This document shows, in pieces, positions 24,649-37,237 of a stretch of DNA of 64,000 bases. The stretch is from Squalus acanthias (taxonomy: Eukaryota). The stretch covers positions 1,054,001 to 1,118,000 of the forward strand of contig CM059432.1 in the NCBI GenBank assembly GCA_030390025.1. Reading direction: 5' to 3'. The translations under genes were made by a program, and so were the position numbers. The notes beneath the pieces were generated by a model. It saw only the letters and a program-made list of their open reading frames with translations, had not been told where the DNA came from and made no database searches. The first letter of the stretch is position 1. Each line of letters opens with the position of its first letter.

Positions 24649-24768
24649 AATACAAGCGTTGCTCTAACCATTGAGGATGGAAAGTTGGTCTTCAGATATG
24701 ACCTCCGATCAAATTCACCCAAGTTTGTAGAATCAAAGAATCGAATCGATACCACCAAGGAGAATGTG
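24649..24768 (+). CDS. LAMA3: Laminin alpha exon 13 (LG2)
   Basis: tgttccag|...|gtaaat; 120 nt, phase 0/0; NTSVALTIEDGKLVFRYDL...TTKENV. Confidence 0.9.
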
Positions 24769-24923
24769 GTAAATTATATTTTATTGTTGATTTTCTTTTG
24801 AACAAACGGGTAAAATAGAAATACTCGATTAAATTAAATTTCTTTGTTTTGCGAATATATTACAGACACAAAAACCCGAGTAAAAAATTGATATGATATT
24901 TGCTGATTCCTTTGGCATACAGT

Positions 24924-25067
24924 CAGTGTTCCCTTTAATTTTTTTTTTGGGTGCACAGCCCATTCAAAATACCGCGCATGCGGGATTTTTCCCATTTAAA
25001 AGCCGGTGAGCCGGTTGCGCAGGATCTCCAGAGCGCTGCGCAGCCGCACAGCTTAAAGGGAACATTG
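24924..25067. mobile_element. hAT-type MITE, ~140-bp family
   Basis: TIRs CAGTGTTCCC / GGGAACATTG; perfect 8-bp TSD CATACAGT. Confidence 0.8.
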
Positions 25068-25690
25068 CATACAGTATAAATAAATAAAAATGAATAATTA
25101 CTGGCTAGAAATAAGTAAACTATTGTCAAAAGATTTATCTTATATTTCCTGAAAAAAAAATCTAATAATATACTTAAGGATTTCCTGTGAGTGGGAAAAT
25201 TTGGTCTCTTTCTTACCTTTGTCTGTACATCAAATTTTACCGCACAGAAACAGGCCATTCGGCTGAACAAGTCCACGCTGGTGTTTATACTCCACACGAG
25301 CCTCCTCCCACCCCTCTTCATCTCACCCTATCAACATATCCTTCTATTCCTTTCTCCCTCATGTGCTTATCTAGCTTTCCCTCAGAACTGAAAACATCTT
25401 CTCTACGTCTACACATCAAACCTCTCCATTATGTTAAAGGCCTCTATCAGGTCACCTCTCAGTCTTCTCTTCTCTAGAGAAAAGAGCCCCAGCCTGTTCA
25501 ATCTTTCCTGATAGTTATAACCTCACAGTTCTGGTATCATCCTTGTAAATCTTTTTTGCACCTTCTCCAGTGCCTCTATATCCCTGTTAGTAATATGGAG
25601 ACCAGAACTGTTCAGAGTACTCCAAGTGTGGTCTAACCAAGGTTCTATACAAGTTTAATGTAACTTCTCTGCTTTTGAGTGGTATTTAAT

Positions 25691-26432
25691 GGCCCAAAAA
25701 TTAGTGAGGGAGCCTTCGTGCGAGGGTACGGCTTCCCCGCGATCTCTCACTGCGCGCTGGCTTTTTCATTTCCAGCTCGCACGAACTTGATGTTCTAGAC
25801 ATCAGCTGGGCAGTGCTTGCGTATCCCACAGGCGTAGTTAATTCGTGCGAGCTGTGGGATCACGTGATTCAGTTAGAGCCAATGGCAGCACACCATCTTT
25901 CATTCATAGCTTTCACAATCAAGTGCTGTGAAAGCTATGAATCTATACCCCCCAAAAGAACAGCTAAACCTCAATTAAATTAAAAAAAAACCATCACATT
26001 AATAAAATAAGTATAGTTAAATAAATTAACCACTTTAAACAAAAAATTAAATTTTTGAAAAAATTTAAAATCTTTTAAAAAGTTATAAAAATAAACTTAC
26101 CTTTCTTTAAAGTCTCTAAAAAAGATATACCTGTTGAAAAAAATTCAAAATAATACTTAATTAACTACTTACCTTGTTAAAAGAGGGTCTTACGCCTCCT
26201 TTCTTTATGTGCAAAATCTTCCATGCTTACCTGCGCGTCCAAAGCACTAAGTGCACTGTGTGCGCGCAGCCTGTAGCGCGCACGCGGTTCACCTAGGAAC
26301 CACCCCCTTTTGAAATCACCAAGTGCCGGTTTTCAGTGCATGCGCAGTGCATGCAGAAAACCGGCAATTGGAGACAGAATACGCGAGAGTACACAGTGCG
26401 TACTCTCGCGTAGAGGCACTAATTTTTGGGCC
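25691..26432. mobile_element. PIF/Harbinger-like MITE
   Basis: Perfect 16-bp TIR GGCCCAAAAATTAGTG / CACTAATTTTTGGGCC; 3-bp TSD AAT. Confidence 0.8.
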
Positions 26433-26737
26433 AATGTGTTATGTTCCCTGCAAATGCAGAGCTTGTCTCAGTGCCATGTCCAAAGTTTGTGAGGTACTAA
26501 ATGACATTTTCATGATACTCTGTTTCCTGACAATTTTCCAAAAGTTTTTTTGAAGTATCTCAGTGTAAAAATACTTTTCAGAGGGAAAAATTAGTTCTGA
26601 AGAGTCAATGTTGTCAACCGTACTTGAGGTGAAGAGAAATTAACTTAGTTTTCAAGTCTCATCTATCACAATTTATTAATTCTTTGATATTTGTAGTCAA
26701 ACTTACAATTTTCTCTTCAACTCCCATTTACTTTAAG

Positions 26738-26889
26738 ATCAAACTCCAAATGATTAAACGGTCTGGGGACAAGATCCGTGCCTATGTAAACGTTGGCAGT
26801 GACAAGTTTCACGATAACACAGATATTTTCGATGTGATGGACTTCACTAATTATTACCTTGGAGGAATACCGTTACACATTAAGGAAGG
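26738..26889 (+). CDS. LAMA3: Laminin alpha exon 14 (LG2)
   Basis: ctttaag|...|gtatgt; 152 nt, phase 0/2; IKLQMIKRSGDKIRAYVNV...DFTNYYLGGIPLHIKE. Confidence 0.88.
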
Positions 26890-28609
26890 GTATGTTGAAG
26901 TCTTTTTTTTAAAGAAAGCTGGATGCAAGATACAAATGTCTTAAAAAAAAATTTGCCTGCACGACCGTTATTTTACAGCAAAAATAATTTCAATTTAAGA
27001 ACATAAGAACATAAGAAATAGGAGCAGGATTAAGCCATTCGGCCCTTCGAGCCTGCTCCACCATTCAAGATCATGGCTGATCTTCTATCTCAACTCTACA
27101 TTCCCACTCTATCCCCATATCCCTTGATTCCCCATATATCCAAAAATCTATGAATCTCTATCTTGAATATACTCAACGACTGAGCATCCACAGCCCACCG
27201 GGGTAGAGAATTCCAAAGATTCACAGCCCTTTGCGTGAAGAAATTTCTCCTCATCTCCGTCCTAAATGGCCGACCCCTTATCCTGAGACTCTGCCCCCTG
27301 GTTCTAGACTCTCCAGCCAGGGGGAAACAACCTCTCAGCATTAACCCTGTCAAGCCCTTTAAGAATTTAATATGTTTCAATGAGATCACCTCTTATTCTT
27401 CTAAATTCGAGGGACTATAGGCCTAGTCTCCTCAATCTCTCCTCATAGGACAATCCCCCCCCATCCCATAAGGAGTGATTCAGGAGACTAGGCCAAAATT
27501 CCCTAGAATTTACAAGAATGAGATAAACGTAAGATATGAAATTAAAAACCTGACCCCATAATTTCTGCAGAGTTCTCCCACTGTCCGTGGCTGTAACTTC
27601 AGCAGGAGATCAGCGGGACCCTTGGAGAAACACTGTTTCTAACCATTCACACCATTTCACCTGGCAACTCTGCCGATCTACTGCGCAAATTCCAAAATAC
27701 GAGGACTAATTCTACGGGTTTGCGCTCCCCTCACAGAGCTTTGTAAGATGACAACAACAACAACTTGCATTTCTATAGCACCTTTAACGTAGCAAAATGT
27801 CCCAAGGCACTTCATGGGAGCATAATCAGACAGAATTTTACACAGAGGCACATAGAGAGATATTAGGTAACCGAAAGCTTGGTCAAAGAGGTAGGTTTTA
27901 AGGAGCATCTTAAAGGAGGAGGGAGAGGTAGAGGGGCGGAGAGGTTTAGGGAAGGAATTCCGAAGCTTAGGGCCCAGGCAGCTGAAGGCACGGCCACCAA
28001 TGGTGGAGCGATTAAAATGGAGGATGTGCAAGAGGCCAGAAGTGGAGGAGCGCAGAGATCTCGGAGGGTTGTAGGGCTGGAGGAGGTTACAAAGATAGGG
28101 AGTGGCGAGGCCATGGATGGATTTGAACAACAGGATGAGAATTTTAAATTCAAGGTGTTGCCAGACCGGGAGCCAACGTAGGTCAGCGAGCACAGGGGTG
28201 ATGGCTGAACGGGACTTGGTGGAAGATGGGAGGCTGGTCAGGAGAGCAACGCATATTAAGAATTGGGGCGTGAAGGTCAGTGTGTCCAGCATGATTTTCA
28301 GCCCAGACTTTAGTGAACAAATAACTGTGCAAGTCATGAATTCGCAATGTTGATATCCACACCCAGATTTCAGTATGAGCTCCTGTCACATGAGGGTCTC
28401 TGCAAACTCCTCCTTGTTTTTATGTCCTGTACATTTGAACTGGTAGCAACAAAAATGTACAGCATAATATATTCAAACTCTAAGAAAAAATGTAAAGCTG
28501 TGGAAGTGTTCTAAGTACGTTTTTAAAATTATGTTTTATATGGTTTTAATGTTATATATTTTACTAAAAAGAAAATACTTTTTTGATCATTATTGAAACA
28601 GGAAGAGTT

Positions 28610-29732
28610 TTCACAAGATAAGAGCTCATGGTGTTGGGGGTAATATATTAGCATGAATAGAGGATTGGCTAACTAACAAAACAGAGAGTCGGGATAAACA
28701 GGTAATTTTCAGGTTGGCAAACTGTAACTAGTGAGGTGCCACAGGGATCAGTGCTGGGGCCTCAACTGTTTACAACCTATATTAATGACTTGGATGAAGG
28801 GACCGAGTGTACTGTAGCCAAATTTGCTGCTGATACAAAGATAGGTGGGAAAGCAAGTTGTGAGGAGGACACAAAGAATCTGCAAAGGGATATATATAGG
28901 TTAAGTGAGTGGGCAAAAATTTGGCAGATGGAGTATAATGTGGGAAAATGTGAGGTTATCCACTTTGGTAGGAAAAATAAAAAATCAAATTATTATTTAA
29001 ATGGAGAGAGATTACAAAATGCTGCGGTACAGAGGGATCTGGGGGTCCTTGTACATGAAACACAAAAAGTTAGCATGCAGGTACAGCAAGTAATTAGGAA
29101 GGCAAATGGAATGTTGGCAAGGGGGACGGAGTATGAAAGTAGGGAAGTCTTGCTACAACTGTACAGGGCGTTGGTGAGACCACACCTGGAGTACTGCGTA
29201 CAGTTTTGGTCTCCTTATTTAAGGTGGGATATACTTGCATTGGAGGCAGTTCAGAGAAGGTTCACTCGGTTAATTCCTGAGATGAAGGGGTTGTCTTATG
29301 AAGAAAGGTTGAGCAGATTGGGCCTATACTCATTGGAGTTTAGAAGAATGAGAGATGATCTTATTGAAATGTATAAGATTCTGAGGGGGCTCGACAGGGT
29401 AGATGCAGGGAGGATGTTTCCCCTTGTGGGGGAATCTAGAACTAGGGGCATAGTTTCAGAATAAGGGGTCGCCCATTTAAAACGGAGATGAGGAGGAATT
29501 TCTTCTCTCAGAGGGTCGTGAATCTTTGGAATTCTCTACCCCAGAGAGCTGTGGTGGCTGAGTCATTGGAATATATTCAAGGCAGAGATAGACAGATTTT
29601 TGAATGATAAGGGATATGGGGAGCGGACAGGAAAGTGGAGTTGAGGCCAAGATCAGATCAGCCATGATCTTATTGAATGGCGGAGCAGGCTCAAGGGACC
29701 AAATGGCCTACTCCTGCTCCTATTTCTTATGT
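28610..29732 (+). mobile_element. CR1 LINE 3' portion (RT)
   Basis: ORF 28736..29464 PQGSVLGP...KFAADTK...RPHLEYCVQFWSP; tail TTTCTTATGTT; close to the 13154..14610 copy in opposite orientation. Confidence 0.9.
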
Positions 29733-31309
29733 TATTATCAAAGGGCTCCAAGGGATACTTTAAGATGATGAAAGGAGTTGATAGGGTATATGGAGAGAAA
29801 CTATTTCCTCTGGTGGGGGGAGTCCAGAACAAGGGCCTTAACCTTAAAATTAGAGCCAAGCCGATCAAGGGTGATGACAGGAAGCACTTCTTCACACAAA
29901 GGGTAGTGGAAATCTGGAAAGCTCTCCCCCAAAAAGCTGTTGAGCCTGGCTGGTCAATTGAAAATTTCAAAACTGAGATTGATAGATTTTTGTTGGGTAA
30001 GGGTATTAAGGGTTAGGGAACCAAGGCGGGTAAACGGAGCTAAGATACAGATCAGCCATGATCTAATTGAATGGTGAAACAGGCCTGAGGGGCTGAATGG
30101 CCTCCTCCTGTTCCTATGATATATATCATAATAGGGTAGAAATTCAATATTGTATTGAAAAAGTAATTAAAAATGCTGTTTAGGCTTCTTTAATGACTCA
30201 GTGTGCATAATTGTGTGGCTCATTTTGATACTGGTCCACATGGACCAGCAAGATGCCAGCATGACTCCTGGATCTGTGCAGAATTAGTTGATTTCAGTTA
30301 GGGTGGCAGTAAGATCTCAACAGGTCTTGTCCGATGACCCGACCTGGGAACTGCTTGTGTGCCGATCTCAAGCTGGGGTTGTTCTCCTTGGAGCAGAGAA
30401 GACTAAGAGGAGATTTGATGGAGGTGTTTAAAATCATGAAGGGTTTAGACAGAGTAAATAAAGAGAAACTGTTTCCAGTGGCTGAAGGGTCGATAACCAG
30501 AGGACACAGATTTAAGCTAATTGGCAAAAGAACCAGAGGCGACAGGAGGAAAAACTTTTTTTACGCAACGAGTGGTTAGGATTTGGAATACACTGCCTGA
30601 TAGGGTGGTGGAGACAGATTCAATAGTAGCCTTCAAAAGGGAATTGGATAAATACTTGAAGGAGAAAAAATTGCAGGATATGGGGAAAGAGCAGGGGAGT
30701 GGGACTAATGGGATTGCTCTTCGAAAGAGCCGGCGCAGACTCGATGGGCCGAATGGGCTCCTTCTGTGCTGTACTATTCGATGATTCTTTGAAGTAAAGG
30801 ACAAGACCAGGGTGAGCTGCCCTCCTCTTGAATTGAATAACTTGTTGACATTCACTGTCTGGATTCATATACTCAGAATGACCTGGCTGTATAATCATGC
30901 CCAGCGTGTGATCACCTTTAGGAGTGGAAGGAAGAAAACTGGGGCTGGAGGGGGGAAATAAGGAATTACCACATCGGCTGGGGGGAAATGAGATATCTCC
31001 TTATTTTCCTCAATCACACTGGTTAGCCAAGAAGCAATATTTATTACATCCATAGAGATGTCTAAAAGCTGCAACATCGCACCTTCCAAAATTACAAAAG
31101 GCTGCTACATTCGAAAATCACCAGCATTTGCTAAGAATATGCATGACAAGTTAATATATATGTTAGAAGGATATGCTGATAGGGTGAGATGAAGAGGGGT
31201 GGGGGGAGACTCGTGTGGAGCGTAAACGCCGGCACGGACTGGATGGGCCGAGCGGCCTGTTCCTGTGCTGTAAATTCGATGTAATTCTATTTGTTCTTTT
31301 CTGTTGCAG

Positions 31310-31433
31310 ATTAAACATGCCTGTAAAATCATCACTGCGAGCCTGCGTGAAAAATCCCAAAACTAACTACAACAAGGATCTATCCAGGGAATACACCGTT
31401 GGTGTTAGTAAAGGCTGTGCACAAGAGCTCTTG
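31310..31433 (+). CDS. LAMA3: Laminin alpha exon 15 (LG2 end)
   Basis: gttgcag|...|gtgagt; 124 nt, phase 2/0; LNMPVKSSLRACVKN...TVGVSKGCAQELL. Confidence 0.92.
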
Positions 31434-32533
31434 GTGAGTTTTGATATTCAACTGCTGTTGATGGTCAATAATAATGAATGTCTAATAACTGCAACAAATC
31501 ATCGCAACACCTGTCCTGTGGAAGGTGGTGGCCTAGAAATTAGTCTCGGGTGGTGGCGCAAAACGGGCGGTATCGGATCGGATGGGCCGCCCATTATGCG
31601 CAGCGCCTGATATTCAGTTCCATTGCAGTCAATCCAACTGGACATCAGGCACTGCTCATAACGGGCGGCCCATCCGATACCGGCCGAGAGGAATTTCGAG
31701 GCAAGTGATTTTTTTTTTAAATTAAAGAAAGGAAGACTTGCATTTATATACAGCACCTTTCACAACATCAGGACATCCCAAAGCGCTTTACAGCCAATTA
31801 AGTGCTTCTGAAGTGTAGTCACTGTTGTAATATAAGGCAACACGGCAGCCAAATTATGCACAGCAAGCTCCCACATACAGCAATGGGATCGTGACCACAT
31901 AATCTGTTTTAGTGATGTTGGTTGAGGGATAAATATTGTCGTATCAACTCACAAACTCTGTTTAGCTTATTAATAGAGGGAGGCTCGAGTTTGTTAATAT
32001 AAAAATATATTAACATTAATTTTTTAGATTGTCTATTTCTCTTTATTTGCTTCAGTAATCACTGCACATTTTGTCACTGTCTTTTCAGAGATAGTCTTAA
32101 TGTTTCATTGGTACATTAACATTGATGTACTCTGGGAGATTAATTTGAGTAACAACTGGGGAGGTACATGTGACTAAAATTATAGGAAAAATTATAGGAA
32201 AAACATAGATTGTAATGCATAGCCTTTCTATCACTTAGTTAAGACCTGGTTAAGATTTAATAAATAATTGTACTAAGTTGTAGCAAATAAAAATAGTTAA
32301 GCCGTTCAAGAACATCAAGATCTGGAATGCACTGCCTGAAAGGGCAGTAGTAGAAGCAGATTCAAAATTGCAGGGCTTTGGAGAAAGAGCAGGGGGGAGT
32401 GGGACTAATTGGAGAGCTCTTTCAAAGAGCCGGCACAGGCACGATGGGCTGAATTTGCCTCCTTTTGTGCTGTATGATTCTATGAACATATATAGGTACC
32501 TAATGTAATGTTTTCTAATGTTCCTTTCGTTAG

Positions 32534-32671
32534 CTGGTCCGGACTGCCTACTTTAGTGGCAATGGATTATTGGGCCTTTCTGCGACCAACCTCTCCTTTC
32601 CTGAAAATTTCCACGTTGGGTTTGGCTTTACAACTAGCCAGCTCAACAGTCTATTGTTTTCTTATGAAAAG
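32534..32671 (+). CDS. LAMA3: Laminin alpha exon 16 (LG3 start)
   Basis: ttcgttag|...|gtaaga; 138 nt, phase 0/0; LVRTAYFSGNGLLGL...GFGFTTSQLNSLLFSYEK. Confidence 0.92.
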
Positions 32672-32889
32672 GTAAGAAATCTAGTGAGTGGCTTGCTCTA
32701 TCCAATTTTAGTTTAACAGAGCAGCTATACCTCAAATTTTCTTAAAAACATTTTTTTCTTAAAATTAGACGTGTAGCTGTGTTTGTGTAGTATAAGCACG
32801 TGAATGATAGAGACATTCATTGTTCATTTATAAGAAAAAAGCAGAATTGAGCATCAAGCAGGAAGCACCACTTTAAACTTGTTCACTTT

Positions 32890-33885
32890 TCGCATTTCAC
32901 AACCTCAGGACGTCCCAAAGCGCTTTACAGCCAATGAAGTACTTTTTGAAGTGCAGTCACTGTTGTAATGTAGGAAACGCAATCTGATAATGACCAGATA
33001 ATCTGTTTTTGTTATGTTGATTGAGGGATAGATATTGGCCCCAGGACACCAGGGAGAACCTCCCTGCTCTTCTTTGAAATAGTGCCATGGGATCTTTTAC
33101 ATCCACTTGCGAGGGCAGGCGGGGCCTCGGATTAACAGCTCATCCGAAAGGCGGCACCTCCGACAGTGCAGCTCTCCCTCAGTACTGCCCCTCCGACAGT
33201 GCAGCCCTCCCTCAGTACTGCCCCTCCGACAGTGCAGCCCTCCCTCGGTACTGCCCCTCCGACAGTGCAGCGCTCCCTCAGTACTGCCCCTCCGACATTG
33301 CAGCGCTCCCTCAGTACTGCCCCTCCGGCAGTGCAGCCCTCCCTCAGTACTGCCCCTCCGACAGTGCAGCCCTCCCTCAGTACTGCCCCTCCGGCAGTGC
33401 AGCCCTCCCTCAGTACTGCCCCTCCGACAGTGCAGCGCTCCCTCAGTACTGCCCCTCCGACAGTGCAGCGCTCCCTCAGTACTGCCCCTCCGACAGTGCA
33501 GCGCTCCCTCAGTACTGCCCCTCCGACAGTGCAGCGCTCCCTCAGTACTGCCCCTCCGACATTGCAGCGCCCCCTCAGTACTGCCCCTCCGGCAGTGCAG
33601 CCCTCCCTCAGTACTGCCCCTCCGACAGTGCAGCCCTCCCTCAGTACTGCCCCTCCGACAGTGCAGCACTCCCTCAGTACTGCCCCTCCGACAGTGCAGC
33701 ACTCCCTCAGTACAGCCCCTCTGACAGTGCAGCACTCCCTCAGTACTGCCCCTCCGACAGTGCAGCACTCCCTCAGTACTGCACTGGAGTGTCAGCCTAG
33801 ATTTTGTGTTCCAGTCTCGGGAGTGGAACTTGAACCCACCACCTTTTAAGGCGAGAGTGCGGCCCACTGAGCCACAGCTGACACC
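32890..33885 (-). mobile_element. Deu-type SINE with internal tandem expansion
   Basis: SINE tail, core and tRNA-like head flank the 33-bp array. Confidence 0.85.
33159..33782. repeat. 33-bp minisatellite, 19 copies
   Basis: Unit TCCGACAGTGCAGC(G/C/A)CTCCCTCAGTACTGCCCC; SDSAALPQYCP-type unit repeated 19 times in ORF 33087. Confidence 0.95.
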
Positions 33886-34313
33886 TCATTAGTGAACAGG
33901 AGAACATAACACCACTGAAAGCACATGTAGCAGATTATGTACAGATGTTTTAACTCATTAAAATTACATCGCAGCCCAATGATGTCATCGCGGTGCGACC
34001 TCTCCATCTTAAGTAGGCCTCTGCCTGCTTTTATCGGGAGCCTCGTCCAGGGCCTGATTCACCACCGTTAATATGATGGTGGGCGGGAACACAGTGGGTT
34101 GGAGGCGGGATTTTTAATTTCAAGATTGTAACCCCTCGTCTGACATTTTCCTGGCCATCGGGGAGGGAGAGATTAAAATCGAAGCCTGTCTATATATAAG
34201 ACATTTTATGAAACACTTTGCTGTAAATTTTAAAAGTTGTGTGCACTATGGGTTACGAAGCAAAACTGCTCAACTCTAATTCCGAAAATAAAAGTCTTTA
34301 TTTCCTTTTATAG

Positions 34314-34441
34314 GATAACTTTGAAGTTTCGCTGGAAAATGGCAAAATAAAGGTTAAAATTCTGGGCAAAGCCCTAACATCTAGGCGCTCTTTCAATGAT
34401 GGTGCGAACCACTATGTGTCAGTCCAGAGGAGAGGAAATAC
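34314..34441 (+). CDS. LAMA3: Laminin alpha exon 17 (LG3)
   Basis: tttatag|...|gtaagt; 128 nt, phase 0/2; DNFEVSLENGKIKV...SFNDGANHYVSV. Confidence 0.92.
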
Positions 34442-37093
34442 GTAAGTTTCTTACAATTGTTTCCTTTACATTTTATCAATTCAAAGATTTGTCTCCTTCA
34501 GAGGAGCGTGATCAAACAAAATTTGGCACTGAGCCACATAAGGAGATATTAGGGCAGATGATCAAAGGCTTGGTCATAGAGGTAGGTTTTAAGGAGCGTG
34601 TTAAAGGAGGAGAGAGAGGTAGCGAGGCGGAGAGGTTGAGGGAGGGAATTCCAGAGCTTAGGGCCTCGGCAGCTGAAGGCACGGCCACCAATGGTGGAGT
34701 GATTAAAAACGGGGATGCTGAGGAGGGCAGAGATCTCAGAGGGTTGTGGGGTTGGAGGAGGTTACAGAGATAGGGAGGGGGGAGGTCATGGAGGGATTTG
34801 AAAACAAGGATGAGAATTTTAAAATTGAGACGTTGCTTAAGCGGGAGTCAATGTAGGTCAGCGAGCACAGGGGGTGATGGGTGAACAGGACTTGGTGCGA
34901 GTTAGGTCACGGGCAGCAGAGTTTGGATGAGCTCAGGTTTCTGAAGGGTAGAACGTGGGAGGCCGGCCAGGAGACGGCCACACAGCACACAAGCGATGTG
35001 ATTGCTGTAGGGAAAAATATTCCCCATAAGGCTGTTTTCAAATCATTTTATTCCTTCCAATATGATTGTTATTCAATATTATAAATATGATTGAACAAAA
35101 TATGTAACATAACAGCTGAGGATTATAAATCACTGGTTAGGCCTGAGCTGGAGTATTGTGTCCAATTCTGGGCCCCACACTTTAGGAAGGATGTCAATGC
35201 CTTGGAGAGGGTGCGGAGGAGATTTACTGGAATGGTTCCAGGGATGAGGGACTTCAGTTATGTGGAGAGACTGGAGAAGCTGGGATTGTTCTCCTTAGAG
35301 CAGAGAAGGTTAAGAGGAGATTTGATAGACGTCTTCAAAAATATGAAGGGTTGTGATAGAGTAAACAAGGTAAAACTGTTTCCACTGGCAGGAGGGTCGG
35401 TAACCAGAGGACACAGATTTAAGGTAATTGGCAAAAGAACCAGAGGGGAGAGGAGGAGATTTTTTATTATATAAATGCAGCGAGTTGTTATGATCTGGAA
35501 TGCACTGCCTAAAAGGGCGGTGGAAGAAGATTCAGTAGTAACATTCAAAAGAGGATTAGATAAGTACTTGAAGGAGAAAATTTTGCAGGGCTATGGGGAA
35601 AGAGCGGGGGAGTGGAACTAATTGGATAGCTTTTTCAAAGAGCTGGTACAGGCATGATGGGCCGAATGGCCTCCTTCTGTGCTGTAAGATGCTATGATTC
35701 GATGATCAATCCCCTTACAAAGGTGGCCACAAAGGATAATTGGTGACGTCTGATGGGTGGGGTGGGGGAGAGGTAGGGGAAGCTGATCAATCCTCTGCAT
35801 GGCTGACAGGAGTTGAATTTTCAAGCTGCGTGGGGTAGCTGGACATTGGGGACGCACCACCTGCACCATGCATAATGGGTGCTCTTCCAATGATGCAGCA
35901 AACCCGGGTGGAGTCAGCACTGGAGGGAACCAGTGGGTGCGATCTTCCAGGATCGCAACCCGTGGATTTCCAGCGCCATCGTAAACGTGACTGGTGGGGA
36001 CGAGTGGCTCCCAATTCTGGGGCTCAAACCCATGATTTGATAATGTGAGCTAGTTTTTCTTTATTCATTCTTGGGATGCGGGCGTCGCTGGCAAGGCCTG
36101 CATTCCTTTCCCATCCCTATTTGCCCTGAGAAGATGGTGGTGAGCTGCCTTCTTGAACCGCTGCAGTCCATGTGGTGAAGGCGCTCTCACAGTGCTGTGC
36201 GGGAGCGAGTTTCAGGATTTTGACCCAGCGACGTTGAAAGAATAGCTGATATATTTCCAAGTCAGGATGGTGTGTGACCTGGAGGGGAACTTGGAGGTGA
36301 TGGTGCTCCCATGCATCTATTGCCCTTGACCCTCTAGGTGGTAGAGGTCATGGGTTTGGGAGGTGCTGTCGAAGAATCCTTGGCGAGTTGCTGCGGTGCA
36401 TCTTGTAGATGGTACACACTGCAAACATGGTGCGCCGGTGGTGGAGGGAGTGAATGTTTAAGGTGGTGGATGGGCTGTTGATCAAGCGGGCTGCTTTGTC
36501 CTGGATGGTGTCGAACTTCTTGAGTGTTGTTGGAGCTGCACTCATCCAGGCAAGTGGAGAGTATTCCATCACACTCCTGACTTGTGCCTTGTAGGTGGTG
36601 GAAAGGCTTTGGGGTGTCAGGTGCTGAGCCTTGATATAGTTATGCTATATTATTTTCACATTAATGAAGTAGCACTTCATATGATACGTAAAACAAAATG
36701 AAATATTTAGAAATTCATGATTTGTAGGTACACTCCTAATTGTAATGAATTTGTGACTATTTTCCTGATTAGCTCTAAGCTGAGTAATGTGGAACTCGCT
36801 ACCACATGGAGTGGTTGAGGCGAATAGCATAGATGCATTTAAGCTAGATAAGCACATGAGGGAGAAAGGAATAGAAGGGCATGCTGATAGGATGAGATGA
36901 AGAGGGGTGGGAGGAGGCTGGTGTGGAGCATAAACACCAGCATAGACCAGTTGGGCCGAATGGCCTGTTTCTGTGCTGTAAATTCTGTGTAATGTTCTTA
37001 CATAAACAAATGTTGATCATTTCTGTTGTGTTCTTTATTTCTTGAGAATCTGCTGCTCTGTATTTACTACTTTGTCTTTTTTTTAAATTCCAG

Positions 37094-37237
37094 GGTCTAT
37101 CTGAATGTAGATGATTCAGACAGGCAAGAAAAAGAATTAGGATCTGGCCAGCTGGCCCCGAAGGTCTCGGTATACCTGGGTGGGGACAAAGAGACAAAGA
37201 ATTTTGTTGGCTGCATCAGCAATGTTTTCCTAAAAAG
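37094..37237 (+). CDS. LAMA3: Laminin alpha exon 18 (LG3)
   Basis: attccag|...|gtaaat; 144 nt, phase 2/2; VYLNVDD...VYLGGDKETKNFVGCISNVFLK. Confidence 0.93.

Noticed and set aside
33087..33867. CRISPR-like array or repetitive protein gene (also 48331..49006)
   Set aside because: Units are contiguous with no unique spacers, there are no cas genes, and the arrays lie inside SINEs. The ORFs are a by-product of a stop-free 33-nt unit.
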